Assembly (NCBI GenBank): GCA_038215615.1
Contig: JBBQQR010000017.1
Location: 1 to 46,031, forward strand
Direction of reading: 5' to 3'
Length of the DNA stretch: 46,031 nt
Source of the DNA: Vulcanimicrobiales bacterium
Lineage (GTDB): Bacteria > Vulcanimicrobiota > Vulcanimicrobiia > Vulcanimicrobiales > Vulcanimicrobiaceae
Made by a program: the position numbers and the translations under genes. The notes under the pieces were generated by a model. The model saw only the letters and a list, made by a program, of their open reading frames with translations. It was not told where the DNA came from and did no database searches. The stretch's first letter is position 1. Each line of letters starts with the position of its first letter. Shown here in pieces: positions 7,807 through 18,232 of this stretch.

Positions 7807-8427
7807 TTGGGGCTGCTCCTGGCCTCGTTTGGTCTTGCGGCGCTGGTGATTCGCTATCAGCCGTACGTCGAGCATCATATCCTACGGCCTATCGGCCCAA
7901 AAGTCGCGATACCCTTGGCGACCGTCCTTTTTGCACTCGTCGCGTCGGCGCCGTTCTCGGTGACCGACGCCCTCGCGGTCATGAACGGCGTCGTTTTCGG
8001 ACGGTTTTGGGGATCGGTCATCGACATCGTTGGGATCATCTTTGCGGGCATCATCGGCTACTGGGTGAACCGGCATGCCACGCACCTGCTCGATCTGCAC
8101 AAAGCGCTCGAGCGGCTACCGGGCTGGGTGAAAAGATTTCGCGTCGGTTCGCCGATGTTTCTCATCGTGGTGCGCGTTATTCCCGGATTCGGCGGAACTG
8201 TAGCAACCGCTACCGCGGCGGCGATGCGCGTACCGCTGTGGATTCACGTGCTCACGATGTCGGCGGTGGCGATTCCGGTGTGTGTGCTTCTCACACTTTT
8301 CGGCGATCAGGTGACGACGCTGGTGCACGGCGCGGAAGCCAGAGCGCACATGTACATCTTGCACCACCGGCCGCACTGGCATTTCCGCCGGCGCCTGCCG
8401 CACGGTCCGGCGGGTCCGACTCAATGA
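7807..8427 (+). CDS. VTT/DedA (TVP38/SNARE-associated-like) membrane protein
   Basis: Hydrophobic; GVVFGRFWG...GYWV...LIVVRVIPG pattern. Start uncertain, possibly 7765. Confidence 0.75.
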   Translation: MGLLLASFGLAALVIRYQPYVEHHILRPIGPKVAIPLATVLFALVASAPFSVTDALAVMNGVVFGRFWGSVIDIVGIIFAGIIGYWVNRHATHLLDLHKALERLPGWVKRFRVGSPMFLIVVRVIPGFGGTVATATAAAMRVPLWIHVLTMSAVAIPVCVLLTLFGDQVTTLVHGAEARAHMYILHHRPHWHFRRRLPHGPAGPTQ

Positions 8428-9599
8428 ACAACGTCCAAACTGTCGACACGCCGCAGGCGCTGGAAGCGCTGTGCGAACGGCTTGCGAGTTCGCCGCGCGC
8501 CGGAATCGACACCGAATTTCATAACGAACGAAGTTACACCGCGCGTCTCATGGTCGTGCAGATTGCGTTTGAAGATGGATTTGCCATCGTCGATCCGCTG
8601 GCGCTGCCCGATTTGGCGCCACTCGTCGAGGCGCTCTCAAAGACGACGGTAGTCGGCCACGCGCTCAGCAGCGATCTCAAAATCTTTGCGGAGCGCTTCG
8701 GCATCGTTCCGCCCGGCGTTTTCGATTGTCAGGTCGCCGCGGCGTTCTTGGGATACGGACTGTCGATTTCGCTCGCGGATTTGGTGCGCGATCTCCAGGG
8801 CGTACGTTTGAAAAAACTGCACACGGTCAGCGACTGGTCGAAACGCCCGCTATCGGCAGGCCAGCTGGAGTATCTCATCGAGGACGTTGCGCATCTGCTC
8901 GACATGCACACCACATTGACGCGGCGGCTTCAGGAAAAAAACCGGTACGAATGGGCGCAAGAAGAGTGCCGTCAGCTCGCCGATCTTAGCCGGTACCGCG
9001 TCGACGAGCGCAAACTGTACGCACGCATCCCGGGCGCGAATCGTTTGAACCGGCGCGAACTGGCGGTTCTTTCGGAATTGGCTCGACTGCGCGACCGGCT
9101 CGCCCGCGAACGCGACGTTCCGCTGAAATATATCATGCCCGACGACGTCCTCGCGGGACTGGCCTCGCTGCGTCCGCAGCGCCTCGAAGATCTCGCCCAG
9201 TTGCGGCGCTTCGACGCCGGCGGCCGGCGGGCGCTTGGCCCGGCCATCCTGGATGCCGTCAAAACCGCGGAAGCTCTGCCCGAGGCCGATCTTCCGTCCC
9301 GCGTGAACCGGCCGCTCGGCAATGCGCGTGAGACGCTGGTTGCACTGATGAGCGTCGTGGTCGGCGAAATCGCCCGCGAAAACGAAATTCCGGCGAGCCT
9401 GCTGGCGCCCCGCGCGTCGTTGGAACGCGTGGCGCGCGATGTGCCGGCTGATCGCGCTGCCTTTGCCGCAGCGCTGGCGCTCTCGTCGTGGCGCATGCAG
9501 CTCGTCGGCGAGCGTTTGTGGCAGCTGCTTTCGGGCGAAGCTGCCATGCGTATCGAAGGCTATGCCGACGGCGATCCGCGAATCCTGTTGCAATCGTGA
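8424..9599 (+). CDS. rnd: Ribonuclease D (DEDDy exonuclease + HRDC)
   Basis: IDTEF, HALSSDL, FDCQVAA, SDWSKRPLS, YLIEDV, RDRLARERDVP. ATG 8424 overlaps the VTT stop (ATGA). Confidence 0.9.
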   Translation: MNNVQTVDTPQALEALCERLASSPRAGIDTEFHNERSYTARLMVVQIAFEDGFAIVDPLALPDLAPLVEALSKTTVVGHALSSDLKIFAERFGIVPPGVFDCQVAAAFLGYGLSISLADLVRDLQGVRLKKLHTVSDWSKRPLSAGQLEYLIEDVAHLLDMHTTLTRRLQEKNRYEWAQEECRQLADLSRYRVDERKLYARIPGANRLNRRELAVLSELARLRDRLARERDVPLKYIMPDDVLAGLASLRPQRLEDLAQLRRFDAGGRRALGPAILDAVKTAEALPEADLPSRVNRPLGNARETLVALMSVVVGEIARENEIPASLLAPRASLERVARDVPADRAAFAAALALSSWRMQLVGERLWQLLSGEAAMRIEGYADGDPRILLQS

Positions 9600-12319
9600 C
9601 GTATGCCGGAAGCTTCAACGCCCTCGATCGCTTAAACGCCGGCGGCCGCTCGTATTCGTACGTCCGCCTCGCCGCTCTCGAAGACGCCGGCATCGCGCAG
9701 CTCGCACGGTTGCCTTTCTCGCTCAAGATTCTGCTCGAGAACCTAATGAGATTCGAAGACGGCGTCTCGGTCGAGCGGTCCGACGTCGAGGCGCTGGCGC
9801 GCTGGCATCCCGCGCAGCGCAGCGACCGCGAGATCGCGTTCCGCCCGGCCCGCGTGCTGCTGCAAGATTTCACCGGCGTTCCGTGCGTCGTCGACCTCGC
9901 GGCGATGCGCGATGCGATGTCGGAAATGGGCGGCGACCCCAAAGCCATCAACCCGCTGCAGCCGGTCGAACTCGTGATCGATCACTCGGTGCAGGTCGAT
10001 GCGTTCGGTTCGAGTGGCGCATTTGCGGAAAACGCGCGGCTTGAGTTCGATCGCAACCGCGAACGGTACGCTTTTCTCAAGTGGGGCCAGGAAGCGCTGC
10101 GCAACTTCCGTGCCGTTCCGCCCGACACCGGCATCGTGCACCAAGTCAACATCGAGTTCTTGGCGCGCGTCATCTTTGGCGCCGACGGTGACGGGTCGGC
10201 GTATCCCGATACCGTCGTCGGGACCGATTCGCATACGACGATGGTCAACGGCTTGGGCGTGCTCGCGTGGGGTGTCGGCGGAATCGAAGCGGAAGCTGCC
10301 ATGCTCGGGCAGCCAATCACCATGCTGATTCCCGACGTCGTCGGTTTCAAGTTGAACGGGACCCTGCGGCCCGGCGTCACGGCGACGGACTTGGTGCTCA
10401 CGGTTACGCACATGCTGCGCAAGAAGGGCGTGGTCGGAAAGTTCGTCGAGTTTTACGGTCGGGGACTTTCGAATTTGGCCGTCGTCGATCGCACGACGAT
10501 CGGAAACATGTCGCCGGAATACGGCTCGACGTGCGCTATTTTCCCGGTCGACGCGCAGACGCTGGAGTATTTGCGCCTGACGGGGCGCGGCGCCGAACAC
10601 ATCGCGCTGGTTGAAGCGTACGCGAAGGCGCAAGGGCTCTTCAGGACTGATGAAACCCCCGATCCGTTGTTCAGCGATACGCTCGAGCTCGATCTCGGCA
10701 CCGTGGAACCGTGCTTGGCCGGACCACGGCGTCCGCAAGACCGCGTACCGCTGCAGGACGTCAAGCGCACTTTCAACGACGCGTTGGCGGAATGGCAAGC
10801 TGCGCGCGACGCCAAGCCCGCGAGCAACGCCGCGCGCATGGAGAGCGAAGGCGGCATGGGAACCGCCGTCGCGCTCGAGCCGAAAACGGAGATCGCCGAC
10901 GGTTCGGTCGTGATTGCGGCCATCACGAGCTGCACGAACACCAGCAACCCATATGTGCTGATCGGCGCCGGCTTGCTCGCCCGCAACGCGGTCGCGCGCG
11001 GGCTCAAAAGCAAGCCGTGGGTGAAAACGTCGCTCGCGCCGGGTTCCAAAGTCGTCACCGAGTACTTAAAGAAATCCGGACTGGCGACGTATTTAGACCG
11101 GCTGGGTTTTTATTTGGTCGGCTACGGGTGTACGACATGCATCGGCAACAGCGGTCCGCTGCGTCCCGATATCGCCGAAGCGATCGCCGAGCAAGATTCG
11201 ATCGTCGCCGCGGTTCTTTCCGGCAACCGCAACTTCGAGGGCCGCATCCATCCGCAGGTGCACGCCAACTACCTGGCATCGCCCCCGCTGGTGGTGGCCT
11301 ACGCGCTCGCGGGGCGCATGGATATCGATCTTACGACCGAGCCCTTGGGGACCGACGAATCCGGCGCCCCGGTCTATCTGAAAGATATTTGGCCTGACGA
11401 TTCCGAGATATCTCAGGTTGTCGCCGAGTCGATTAGCGGAGATCTCTTCAAGGCGAACTACAGTAACGTTTTTGCCGGCGACGCCAACTGGGCGCAGCTC
11501 GACGTGCCGGCGGGCGAACGGTACGCATGGGATCCGAAGTCGGAGTACGTCAAGCGTCCGCCGTATTTTGAAAACATGCCGGCCGAACCGCCGCCGCTGA
11601 CCGAAGTGCGCGGCGCGCGCGTGCTCGTAATGGTCGGCGACAGCGTGACGACCGATCACATTTCGCCGGCAGGCAATATCGCGCGCAACAGCCCGGCCGC
11701 GAAATACCTGATGGAGCACGGCATCGAGCCGCCCGACTTCAATTCCTACGGTGCGCGCCGCGGAAATCACGAAGTGATGATGCGCGGCACGTTTGCGAAT
11801 GTCCGGTTGCGCAATCTGCTCGTGCCGGGCGTCGAGGGCGGGTACACGAGGCTGCTGCCGCAAGGCGAGAAGATGTCGATCTTCGACGCCGCCATGCGCT
11901 ACCGGGCCGAAAACGTTCCGCTGCTGGTGCTCGCCGGCAAAGAGTACGGCTCGGGATCCTCGCGCGATTGGGCCGCCAAGGGCCCGCATTTGCTGGGCAT
12001 CAAGGCGGTGCTCGCGGAGTCGTTCGAGCGCATCCATCGCAGCAACCTGATCGGCATGGGTATCTTGCCGCTCGAATTTATCGGAGGAGCCGATCGTTCT
12101 ACGTACGCGCTGACGGGTGAAGAAGTCTACGACGTGACCGGCTACGCCGGCGGAATCAAACCCGGGATGCATCTCGACGTGCACGTTTCCGGACCGCGCG
12201 ACCGGTCGCTGGATATCAAAGTGCTGCTGCGAATCGATACGCCGAACGAAGCCGAGTATTTCCGCCATGGCGGCGTGCTGCAATACGTCCTGCGCCAACT
12301 CCGCACGCGGACTGCATGA
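9596..12319 (+). CDS. acnA: Aconitate hydratase 1
   Basis: QDFTGVP, IDHSVQVD, GTDSHT, AITSCTNTSNP, GYGCTTCIGNSG, GSSRDWAAKG; GTGA overlap with rnd. Confidence 0.97.
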   Translation: MTYAGSFNALDRLNAGGRSYSYVRLAALEDAGIAQLARLPFSLKILLENLMRFEDGVSVERSDVEALARWHPAQRSDREIAFRPARVLLQDFTGVPCVVDLAAMRDAMSEMGGDPKAINPLQPVELVIDHSVQVDAFGSSGAFAENARLEFDRNRERYAFLKWGQEALRNFRAVPPDTGIVHQVNIEFLARVIFGADGDGSAYPDTVVGTDSHTTMVNGLGVLAWGVGGIEAEAAMLGQPITMLIPDVVGFKLNGTLRPGVTATDLVLTVTHMLRKKGVVGKFVEFYGRGLSNLAVVDRTTIGNMSPEYGSTCAIFPVDAQTLEYLRLTGRGAEHIALVEAYAKAQGLFRTDETPDPLFSDTLELDLGTVEPCLAGPRRPQDRVPLQDVKRTFNDALAEWQAARDAKPASNAARMESEGGMGTAVALEPKTEIADGSVVIAAITSCTNTSNPYVLIGAGLLARNAVARGLKSKPWVKTSLAPGSKVVTEYLKKSGLATYLDRLGFYLVGYGCTTCIGNSGPLRPDIAEAIAEQDSIVAAVLSGNRNFEGRIHPQVHANYLASPPLVVAYALAGRMDIDLTTEPLGTDESGAPVYLKDIWPDDSEISQVVAESISGDLFKANYSNVFAGDANWAQLDVPAGERYAWDPKSEYVKRPPYFENMPAEPPPLTEVRGARVLVMVGDSVTTDHISPAGNIARNSPAAKYLMEHGIEPPDFNSYGARRGNHEVMMRGTFANVRLRNLLVPGVEGGYTRLLPQGEKMSIFDAAMRYRAENVPLLVLAGKEYGSGSSRDWAAKGPHLLGIKAVLAESFERIHRSNLIGMGILPLEFIGGADRSTYALTGEEVYDVTGYAGGIKPGMHLDVHVSGPRDRSLDIKVLLRIDTPNEAEYFRHGGVLQYVLRQLRTRTA

Positions 12320-12945
12320 TCGAGCGCAACGAATCAGAACAGCATTTTACGCGGCGGCTCGAGGCTTTCTCCGACGTCGTCATCGGATTCAGCCTAGCTC
12401 AGCTTGGCGCCGCGCTAGTCGTTTCATCACAAGGGCTGCATAGTTTTCTCACGCCGTTAGGGCTGCTGAATTTTCTCTTTCCCTTTGCCATCGTTTGCTC
12501 CGCCTGGTTTTTTCATCACCGGCTCTTTTCGCAGCTCTTCATTCCCAAGACATGGCCGGTCGTGCTCAACTTCCTTTGGCTTGCGTCGGTCGTCATGGTC
12601 GTGTTTGCAGCCGAGACCTATACAAAACTGGGGACGATGACGGCAATGCGTTTTTACTTCGCATGCTACGCTATGGTCTATGCCCTGCTGACGGTCCAAT
12701 ATCTCATCGCGCTCAAATACACATCAGCGTGGCAGAATCCGGCAGCGCGTCTGCGGGCAGTGCGGGGCGCCGTCTTCATGGGGTTGTGGACGACGCCGTT
12801 TCTCTTCGCACTGGCGATCATTGTGATTTTCCGGCCGGGGCCCGTTTTTTTTCTCATTGCGGCGGGCTTTGCCGTGGCCGGACCGATGTCGAGCGTACTG
12901 CGCAAGCGTTTTGACGCTGCCGAAGCGCGCTTGCGCGCAGTATGA
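12316..12945 (+). CDS. TMEM175 (DUF1211) family membrane protein, copy 1
   Basis: RLEAFSD, WFFHHRLF, VLNF; ATGA overlap with acnA. Confidence 0.82.
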   Translation: MIERNESEQHFTRRLEAFSDVVIGFSLAQLGAALVVSSQGLHSFLTPLGLLNFLFPFAIVCSAWFFHHRLFSQLFIPKTWPVVLNFLWLASVVMVVFAAETYTKLGTMTAMRFYFACYAMVYALLTVQYLIALKYTSAWQNPAARLRAVRGAVFMGLWTTPFLFALAIIVIFRPGPVFFLIAAGFAVAGPMSSVLRKRFDAAEARLRAV

Positions 12946-13571
12946 ACGAAACGCGCGACGAAACCCAGCAGCGGCTCATCCACCGGCTGGAAGCATTTTC
13001 CGACATCATCATCGGCTTCAGCTTGGCGCAGCTCGCGCTAAGCCTGGCAATTCCCAAACACGGCGCTGCGGATCTGCTGCGCAATTCCGGTCCGCTGATT
13101 GCCTTTGTCATCACGTTTACGATCGTCTGCGGAATGTGGTGGGCGCATCACAAATTGTTTGTCCACTACTTCGTGCCCAACCCGGTGATGGTCGTCTTAA
13201 ATTTCGTGACCCTGGCCGGGGTGAGTTTCTCGGTGTATAGCGTTCAGCTGATGCTGCACGACCCGCATACGTCGCTCGACTTCGCTTTTTACGAATGGTC
13301 CCTGACGGCCGTCTACGTGCTGCTGGCCGTTCAGTACTTTTACGGATGGACGGTCCGGCGGAAACTCGTACCGGAGAAAATCGCCGAAGGGGGATTGCGC
13401 GCCGCCCTCATGCTTGGCGGCGTCGGGACCGCATTTGGCGCTGTCGCTTGGGTTACCGTCCGGTACGGCGTGCGCGTGAGCGGCCTGCAATATATTGGCT
13501 ACGTGGTCGTCGCTTACGCGATCGCGCTGCGCCTCTTTTTCCGCTTTCGAAGACAGGGCGCTACGGTTTAA
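12942..13571 (+). CDS. TMEM175 (DUF1211) family membrane protein, copy 2
   Basis: RLEAFSD, WWAHHKLF, VLNF; ATGA overlap with copy 1. Confidence 0.85.
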   Translation: MNETRDETQQRLIHRLEAFSDIIIGFSLAQLALSLAIPKHGAADLLRNSGPLIAFVITFTIVCGMWWAHHKLFVHYFVPNPVMVVLNFVTLAGVSFSVYSVQLMLHDPHTSLDFAFYEWSLTAVYVLLAVQYFYGWTVRRKLVPEKIAEGGLRAALMLGGVGTAFGAVAWVTVRYGVRVSGLQYIGYVVVAYAIALRLFFRFRRQGATV

Positions 13572-14235
13572 CCGGAGCGAGCGAATCCGCGGTGAGGGTA
13601 TAGTCGAGCCGCAAATCGACACCCGTGCCGATTTTTTCTTCGTGAATCGATAACGGGACGGTTCTATTCATGTCGTAGGATATTCGGCCTTGGGTGTGCG
13701 TGACCGACATCTGCGCGGTGACTTTTTGAGCCTCAGTGATATCGAGAATGCCGTCCGTGTTTTTGTTTATCGTGAAATCCGTTGCGACCGATACGCCTCC
13801 GGGAACCTTCATATCGATGTGCCAGTGGTTTTTTTCATCCAGGTAATCGCCGTTGATGAATTTGCGTCCGAGGAAGCGCGCAAGATTGAGTTCGGGTTCG
13901 CTGAGCGCAATAGAGTCGGGGGGCAGGTCCACTTGGCCGGTCGGATAGGCCACGAGCTGCGAGGGCGGCACGTCGACCGAATGGGCCAGGGGTACGTCCT
14001 GCCGAATATTCAGGATCAAGGAATCGTTAGGCCCCAGACTCATGACATCCACACTAATCTTGCCGTCATAGCCGCCGGTCGTGAACATCGTTCTGACGCC
14101 GGGATCCGTCGTGCCGATTCCGCTGTAGTGAGAGATCGTCTCCCCCGTGCCGGAGAAATGAAATGCGAACTCCATATGACGCAACGGTTTTGGGGGTGCC
14201 GACGTCGCGGCAGCTAGCAGCAGTGCGAAAAACAT
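13561..14235 (-). CDS. Hypothetical secreted beta-rich protein
   Basis: MFFALLLAAA signal-like start at ATG 14235, overlapping the aceF stop (TAATG). Confidence 0.7.
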   Translation of the reverse strand: MFFALLLAAATSAPPKPLRHMEFAFHFSGTGETISHYSGIGTTDPGVRTMFTTGGYDGKISVDVMSLGPNDSLILNIRQDVPLAHSVDVPPSQLVAYPTGQVDLPPDSIALSEPELNLARFLGRKFINGDYLDEKNHWHIDMKVPGGVSVATDFTINKNTDGILDITEAQKVTAQMSVTHTQGRISYDMNRTVPLSIHEEKIGTGVDLRLDYTLTADSLAPVKP

Positions 14236-15533
14236 TACACGAGCGCGCGCCGCAGGTCGGCGAGCACGGTAGCGAGATACGCTGCAAAACGCGCGGCCGA
14301 GGCGCCGTCGATTACGCGATGGTCGTACGAAAGTGAGAGCGGCTGAATCAAGCGCGGTACGAACTGCGAGCCGTCCCACACCGGGCGCACGGCGGCGCGG
14401 CAAGCTCCGAGGATCGCGACTTCGGGCGCATTGATGATCGGCGTGAAATAGGTTCCGCCGATGCTGCCGAGGCTCGAAATCGTAAACGTTCCGCCTTGCA
14501 TCTGGGCGAGTGCCAACTTGCCGTCGCGTGCCTTTGCAGCCAGTTCCGACGTCTCTTTAGCGAGATCGGCGATGCCTTTGCGGTCCGCTTCTTTGATGAC
14601 GGGCACCATCAGGCCGCCCGGCGTGTCGGCGGCGAACCCGATGTTGTAGTACCTCTTGTAGACCAGTTCGTCACCGTCGAGCGAGCTGTTAAAGTCGGGA
14701 AATTCCTTGAGAGCGGCGACGGCGGCTTTGATCAGGAACGCCAGCATAGTCACTTTGATGCCACGTTTGCCGAACTCTGCGTTGAGTTCTTTGCGGAAAT
14801 CTTCGAGATCGGTCACGTCGGCGTCTTCGTCTTGCGTGACGTGCGGAATGGTCACCCAATTGCGATGCAGGTTCGGGCCCGAGATTTTCTTGATGCGGGA
14901 GAGCGGCTTGCGTTCGACCGGACCGAACTCCGCGAAATCGATCTTCGGCATCGGCGCGACTGCGAAACCGGCGCCTGCTGGTGACGCGGCAGACCCTCCC
15001 CCGCGCACGACGCTCTTCACGAAGCCCTGCACGTCCTCGCGCGTGACGCGGCCGTTTGGTCCGCTTGGCTCGACCGCGTGCAAATCGACGCCGAGTTCGC
15101 GCGCGAAGCGGCGGATCGACGGGCTCGCGTGCACAACGCCGTTCTCGCCTTCGGCGCGCGCCGGAGCCGGCTCGGCGGCGATAGGGCTGGGTTTGGCGGG
15201 CGGTGCCGCGATTGGAGCGGGCGCTTTGCGGGATCCGCCGTTGGAACTTGGCGACGGCTCAGCTTTAGCCGCTTCGGGTTTGGGCGCAGGCGCTTCGGCT
15301 TGCGCGGGCTCGAGCGTGGCAATCACGGAGCCTTTTGAGACTTTGTCGCCGACCTTCACGCGCACGTCTTTGAGGACGCCGTCAACCGATGCCGGCACTT
15401 CCATGGCGGCTTTATCGGATTCGAGCGTGATCAGTGAGTCGTTCTTTTTGACCGCGTCGCCCGGTTTGACCAAGACTTCGATGACGGGAATATCGTTGAA
15501 ATCACCGATGTCGGGGACGGTAATCTCAATCAC
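14235..15533 (-). CDS. aceF: Pyruvate dehydrogenase E2, dihydrolipoyllysine acetyltransferase (one lipoyl domain)
   Basis: ESDKAAME lipoyl site, ASPSIRRFARE subunit-binding domain, SYDHRVIDG. Confidence 0.95.
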   Translation of the reverse strand: MIEITVPDIGDFNDIPVIEVLVKPGDAVKKNDSLITLESDKAAMEVPASVDGVLKDVRVKVGDKVSKGSVIATLEPAQAEAPAPKPEAAKAEPSPSSNGGSRKAPAPIAAPPAKPSPIAAEPAPARAEGENGVVHASPSIRRFARELGVDLHAVEPSGPNGRVTREDVQGFVKSVVRGGGSAASPAGAGFAVAPMPKIDFAEFGPVERKPLSRIKKISGPNLHRNWVTIPHVTQDEDADVTDLEDFRKELNAEFGKRGIKVTMLAFLIKAAVAALKEFPDFNSSLDGDELVYKRYYNIGFAADTPGGLMVPVIKEADRKGIADLAKETSELAAKARDGKLALAQMQGGTFTISSLGSIGGTYFTPIINAPEVAILGACRAAVRPVWDGSQFVPRLIQPLSLSYDHRVIDGASAARFAAYLATVLADLRRALV

Positions 15534-18232
15534 ACTGTCACCGGATTAGGTTTTTCCGGATTGAGTCCGTACTTCTTGATCGCGGCCGTCACCACCGACC
15601 CTTTCATCGTCCCTTCGTCGGCCAGTGCCTTCAGCGCCGCCACCGCAACGTAGTGACGGTTCACTTCAAAAAACTCACGGAGTTTGCTGCGCATATCGCT
15701 CCGTCCGAAACCATCGGTCCCAAGCGTGACATAGCGCCGGTTTTGCTGCGGGCCCGCAACGTATGGCCGGATATGGTCGGCAAAGGTGCGGATGTAATCG
15801 GTCGATGCAATCGCAGGCCCGTCGTGTCCTCTCAGGCACTGCGCGACGTAGGATTGACGCGGAGGCTCTTCGGGGTGCACGAGGTTCCAGCGGTCGGCGT
15901 CGATGCCGTCGCGCCGCAATTCGTTGAAACTGGTGACGCTCCACACATCGGAACCCACGCCGAAGTCATCGGCCAGCAGCTGCGCGGCGGCTTCGACTTC
16001 GCGCAAGATTGCGCCCGAGCCCATCAGCTGGACGCGTCCGTTTTTCCCCGCCGGCGCTTCCCGCAACAGATACATGCCGCGCAAGATGCCTTGTTCGGCG
16101 CCCTCGGGCATCTCGGGATGGCGATAATTTTCGTTCATCACCGTGATGTAATAGTAGACGTCCTCTTGATCGTGCAGCATCCGCCGCAGGCCGTCCTGGA
16201 TGATGACCGCCAACTCGTAGCCGTATGTCGGATCGTAGGAAATGCAGTTGGGAATGAATGATGCGAAGACTTGGCTGTGGCCATCTTCGTGCTGCAGCCC
16301 TTCGCCGTTGAGCGTCGTGCGGCCGGAGGTTCCGCCGATCAAAAATCCGCGCGCGCGTGAGTCGGCAGCCGCCCACGCCAGATCGCCGACGCGCTGGAAA
16401 CCGAACATTGAATAGAAAATGTAAAATGGAATCATCTGCACGGCGTGCGTGGAGTACGATGTGCCGGCTGCCGTCCACGACGAAATCGCGCCCGCTTCGT
16501 TGATACCTTCCTGAAGGATCTGACCCTGCTTGTCCTCGCGGTACCACATGAGCTGATCGGCGTCTTGCGGATGGTAGAGCTGCCCCACGGACGAGTAGAT
16601 GCCGAGCTGGCGGAACATGCCTTCCATGCCGAAGGTGCGCGATTCGTCGGCGACGATCGGAACGAGCCGCGGTCCCAGCTGCTTATCCTTGATCAGTGTG
16701 CTTAAAATGCGCACGAACGCCATCGTCGTCGATATCTCGCGGTCGCCCGTGCTCTTGAGTTGCGCGTCGAACGCCGAGAGCGGCGGCACGTCGAGCGCGT
16801 CGGCTTTCGTGCGGCGCGACGGAATGTATCCGCGCCGTTTGACGAGATTGCGCAGATACTTCATCTCGGGCGTATTCTCGGCCGGCCGGAAGAACGGCAG
16901 CTGCTCGACTTGATCGTCTGGAATCGGGAGATGGAAACGATCGCGGAAGGCGCGCATCGATTCGACCTTCATTTTCTTGGCTTGGTGAGCGATGTTCTGC
17001 GCCTCACCGGAGACGCCCATGCCGTAACCCTTGATGGTTTTTGCGAGAATAACGGTCGGCTGACCCTTGTGTTTGACGGCCGCCGCGTACGCGGCGTAAA
17101 CCTTACGCGGATCGTGGCCGCCGCGCTGCAGCATCCAGATGTCGTCGTCGCTCATATGCGAAACGAGGTCGGCGGTTTCGGGATAGCGCTCGAAAAATTT
17201 CTCGCGTACGTACCGGCCGTTGTTGGCTTTGAACGTTTGATAGTCGCCGTCGACGCACTCGCCCATGAGCTGCACGAGCTTGCCGCCCGAATCGCGCTCT
17301 AGCAGCGGATCCCAATTACTGCCCCAAATAACCTTGATGACGTTCCAGCCGGCGCCTTTGAAATCGGTTTCGAGTTCCTGGATGATCTTGCCGTTGCCGC
17401 GCACCGGTCCGTCAAGGCGTTGCAGATTGCAGTTGACCACCCAGATCAGGTTGTCGAGCTTTTCCCGCGCGGCGACCGCGATCGCGCCCATCGATTCGGG
17501 TTCGTCCATTTCGCCGTCGCCCAAGAACGCCCAAACTTTGCGGTCGCCCGCGTCGATGATCCCGCGATCGTGCATGTAACGCATGAAGCGCGCCTGATAG
17601 ATCGACATGATGGGGCCCAGTCCCATCGAGACCGTCGGAAACTGCCAGAAGTCCGGCATGAGCCAGGGATGCGGATACGAGGACAACCCCTTGCCGTCCA
17701 CTTCGCGCCGGAAGTTTTCGAGCTGCTCGGCGGTGATGCGTCCTTCCATAAACGCGCGCGCGTAAAATCCGGGCGATGAGTGTCCCTGGAAGAAGACGAG
17801 ATCGCCGCCCGTTTGTTCCGACGGCGCCCGGAAAAAATAGTTAAAGCCGACGTCGTAGAGGGTGGCCGCCGAAGCGAAGCTCGCAACGTGGCCGCCGAGC
17901 TCGGACGACTCTTTGTTGGCGCGCGCGACCATTGCCATCGCGTTCCAGCGCACGTAGTGGCGGATGCGCGTCTCGAGCTCGTCGTTGCCCGGCATCGGTT
18001 CTTGCTGCGCGGTCGGAATCGTATTGACGTAGGGGGTTGAGAAGCCGAGCGAGACGTGGGCGCCCCCACGTTGTGCCGCCTCGACGATCGCGCCGATCAG
18101 CTCTTGCGCGCGAGCCGGTCCCTCATGTTCGATCACGCCTTCGATCGCGTCGACCCATTCGCGCGTTTCTTCCGAATCGGGCTGCGCGGATAAAGCTGCC
18201 GGAGCGGCCTGATCCTCCGCCGTTGTACTCAT
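15530..18232 (-). CDS. aceE: Pyruvate dehydrogenase E1, homodimeric type
   Basis: LGGHVASFAS, QFPTVSMGLG, GDGEMDEPES TPP motif, GEGLQHEDGH. Start re-set to ATG 18232 (ATGA overlap with EamA). Confidence 0.96.
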   Translation of the reverse strand: MSTTAEDQAAPAALSAQPDSEETREWVDAIEGVIEHEGPARAQELIGAIVEAAQRGGAHVSLGFSTPYVNTIPTAQQEPMPGNDELETRIRHYVRWNAMAMVARANKESSELGGHVASFASAATLYDVGFNYFFRAPSEQTGGDLVFFQGHSSPGFYARAFMEGRITAEQLENFRREVDGKGLSSYPHPWLMPDFWQFPTVSMGLGPIMSIYQARFMRYMHDRGIIDAGDRKVWAFLGDGEMDEPESMGAIAVAAREKLDNLIWVVNCNLQRLDGPVRGNGKIIQELETDFKGAGWNVIKVIWGSNWDPLLERDSGGKLVQLMGECVDGDYQTFKANNGRYVREKFFERYPETADLVSHMSDDDIWMLQRGGHDPRKVYAAYAAAVKHKGQPTVILAKTIKGYGMGVSGEAQNIAHQAKKMKVESMRAFRDRFHLPIPDDQVEQLPFFRPAENTPEMKYLRNLVKRRGYIPSRRTKADALDVPPLSAFDAQLKSTGDREISTTMAFVRILSTLIKDKQLGPRLVPIVADESRTFGMEGMFRQLGIYSSVGQLYHPQDADQLMWYREDKQGQILQEGINEAGAISSWTAAGTSYSTHAVQMIPFYIFYSMFGFQRVGDLAWAAADSRARGFLIGGTSGRTTLNGEGLQHEDGHSQVFASFIPNCISYDPTYGYELAVIIQDGLRRMLHDQEDVYYYITVMNENYRHPEMPEGAEQGILRGMYLLREAPAGKNGRVQLMGSGAILREVEAAAQLLADDFGVGSDVWSVTSFNELRRDGIDADRWNLVHPEEPPRQSYVAQCLRGHDGPAIASTDYIRTFADHIRPYVAGPQQNRRYVTLGTDGFGRSDMRSKLREFFEVNRHYVAVAALKALADEGTMKGSVVTAAIKKYGLNPEKPNPVTV

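Noticed and set aside
9743..12298. Long antisense ORFs opposite acnA (also opposite the VPS10 genes, the dehydrogenase and znuAC)
   Set aside because: No recognisable motifs; explained by codon bias on the sense strand.
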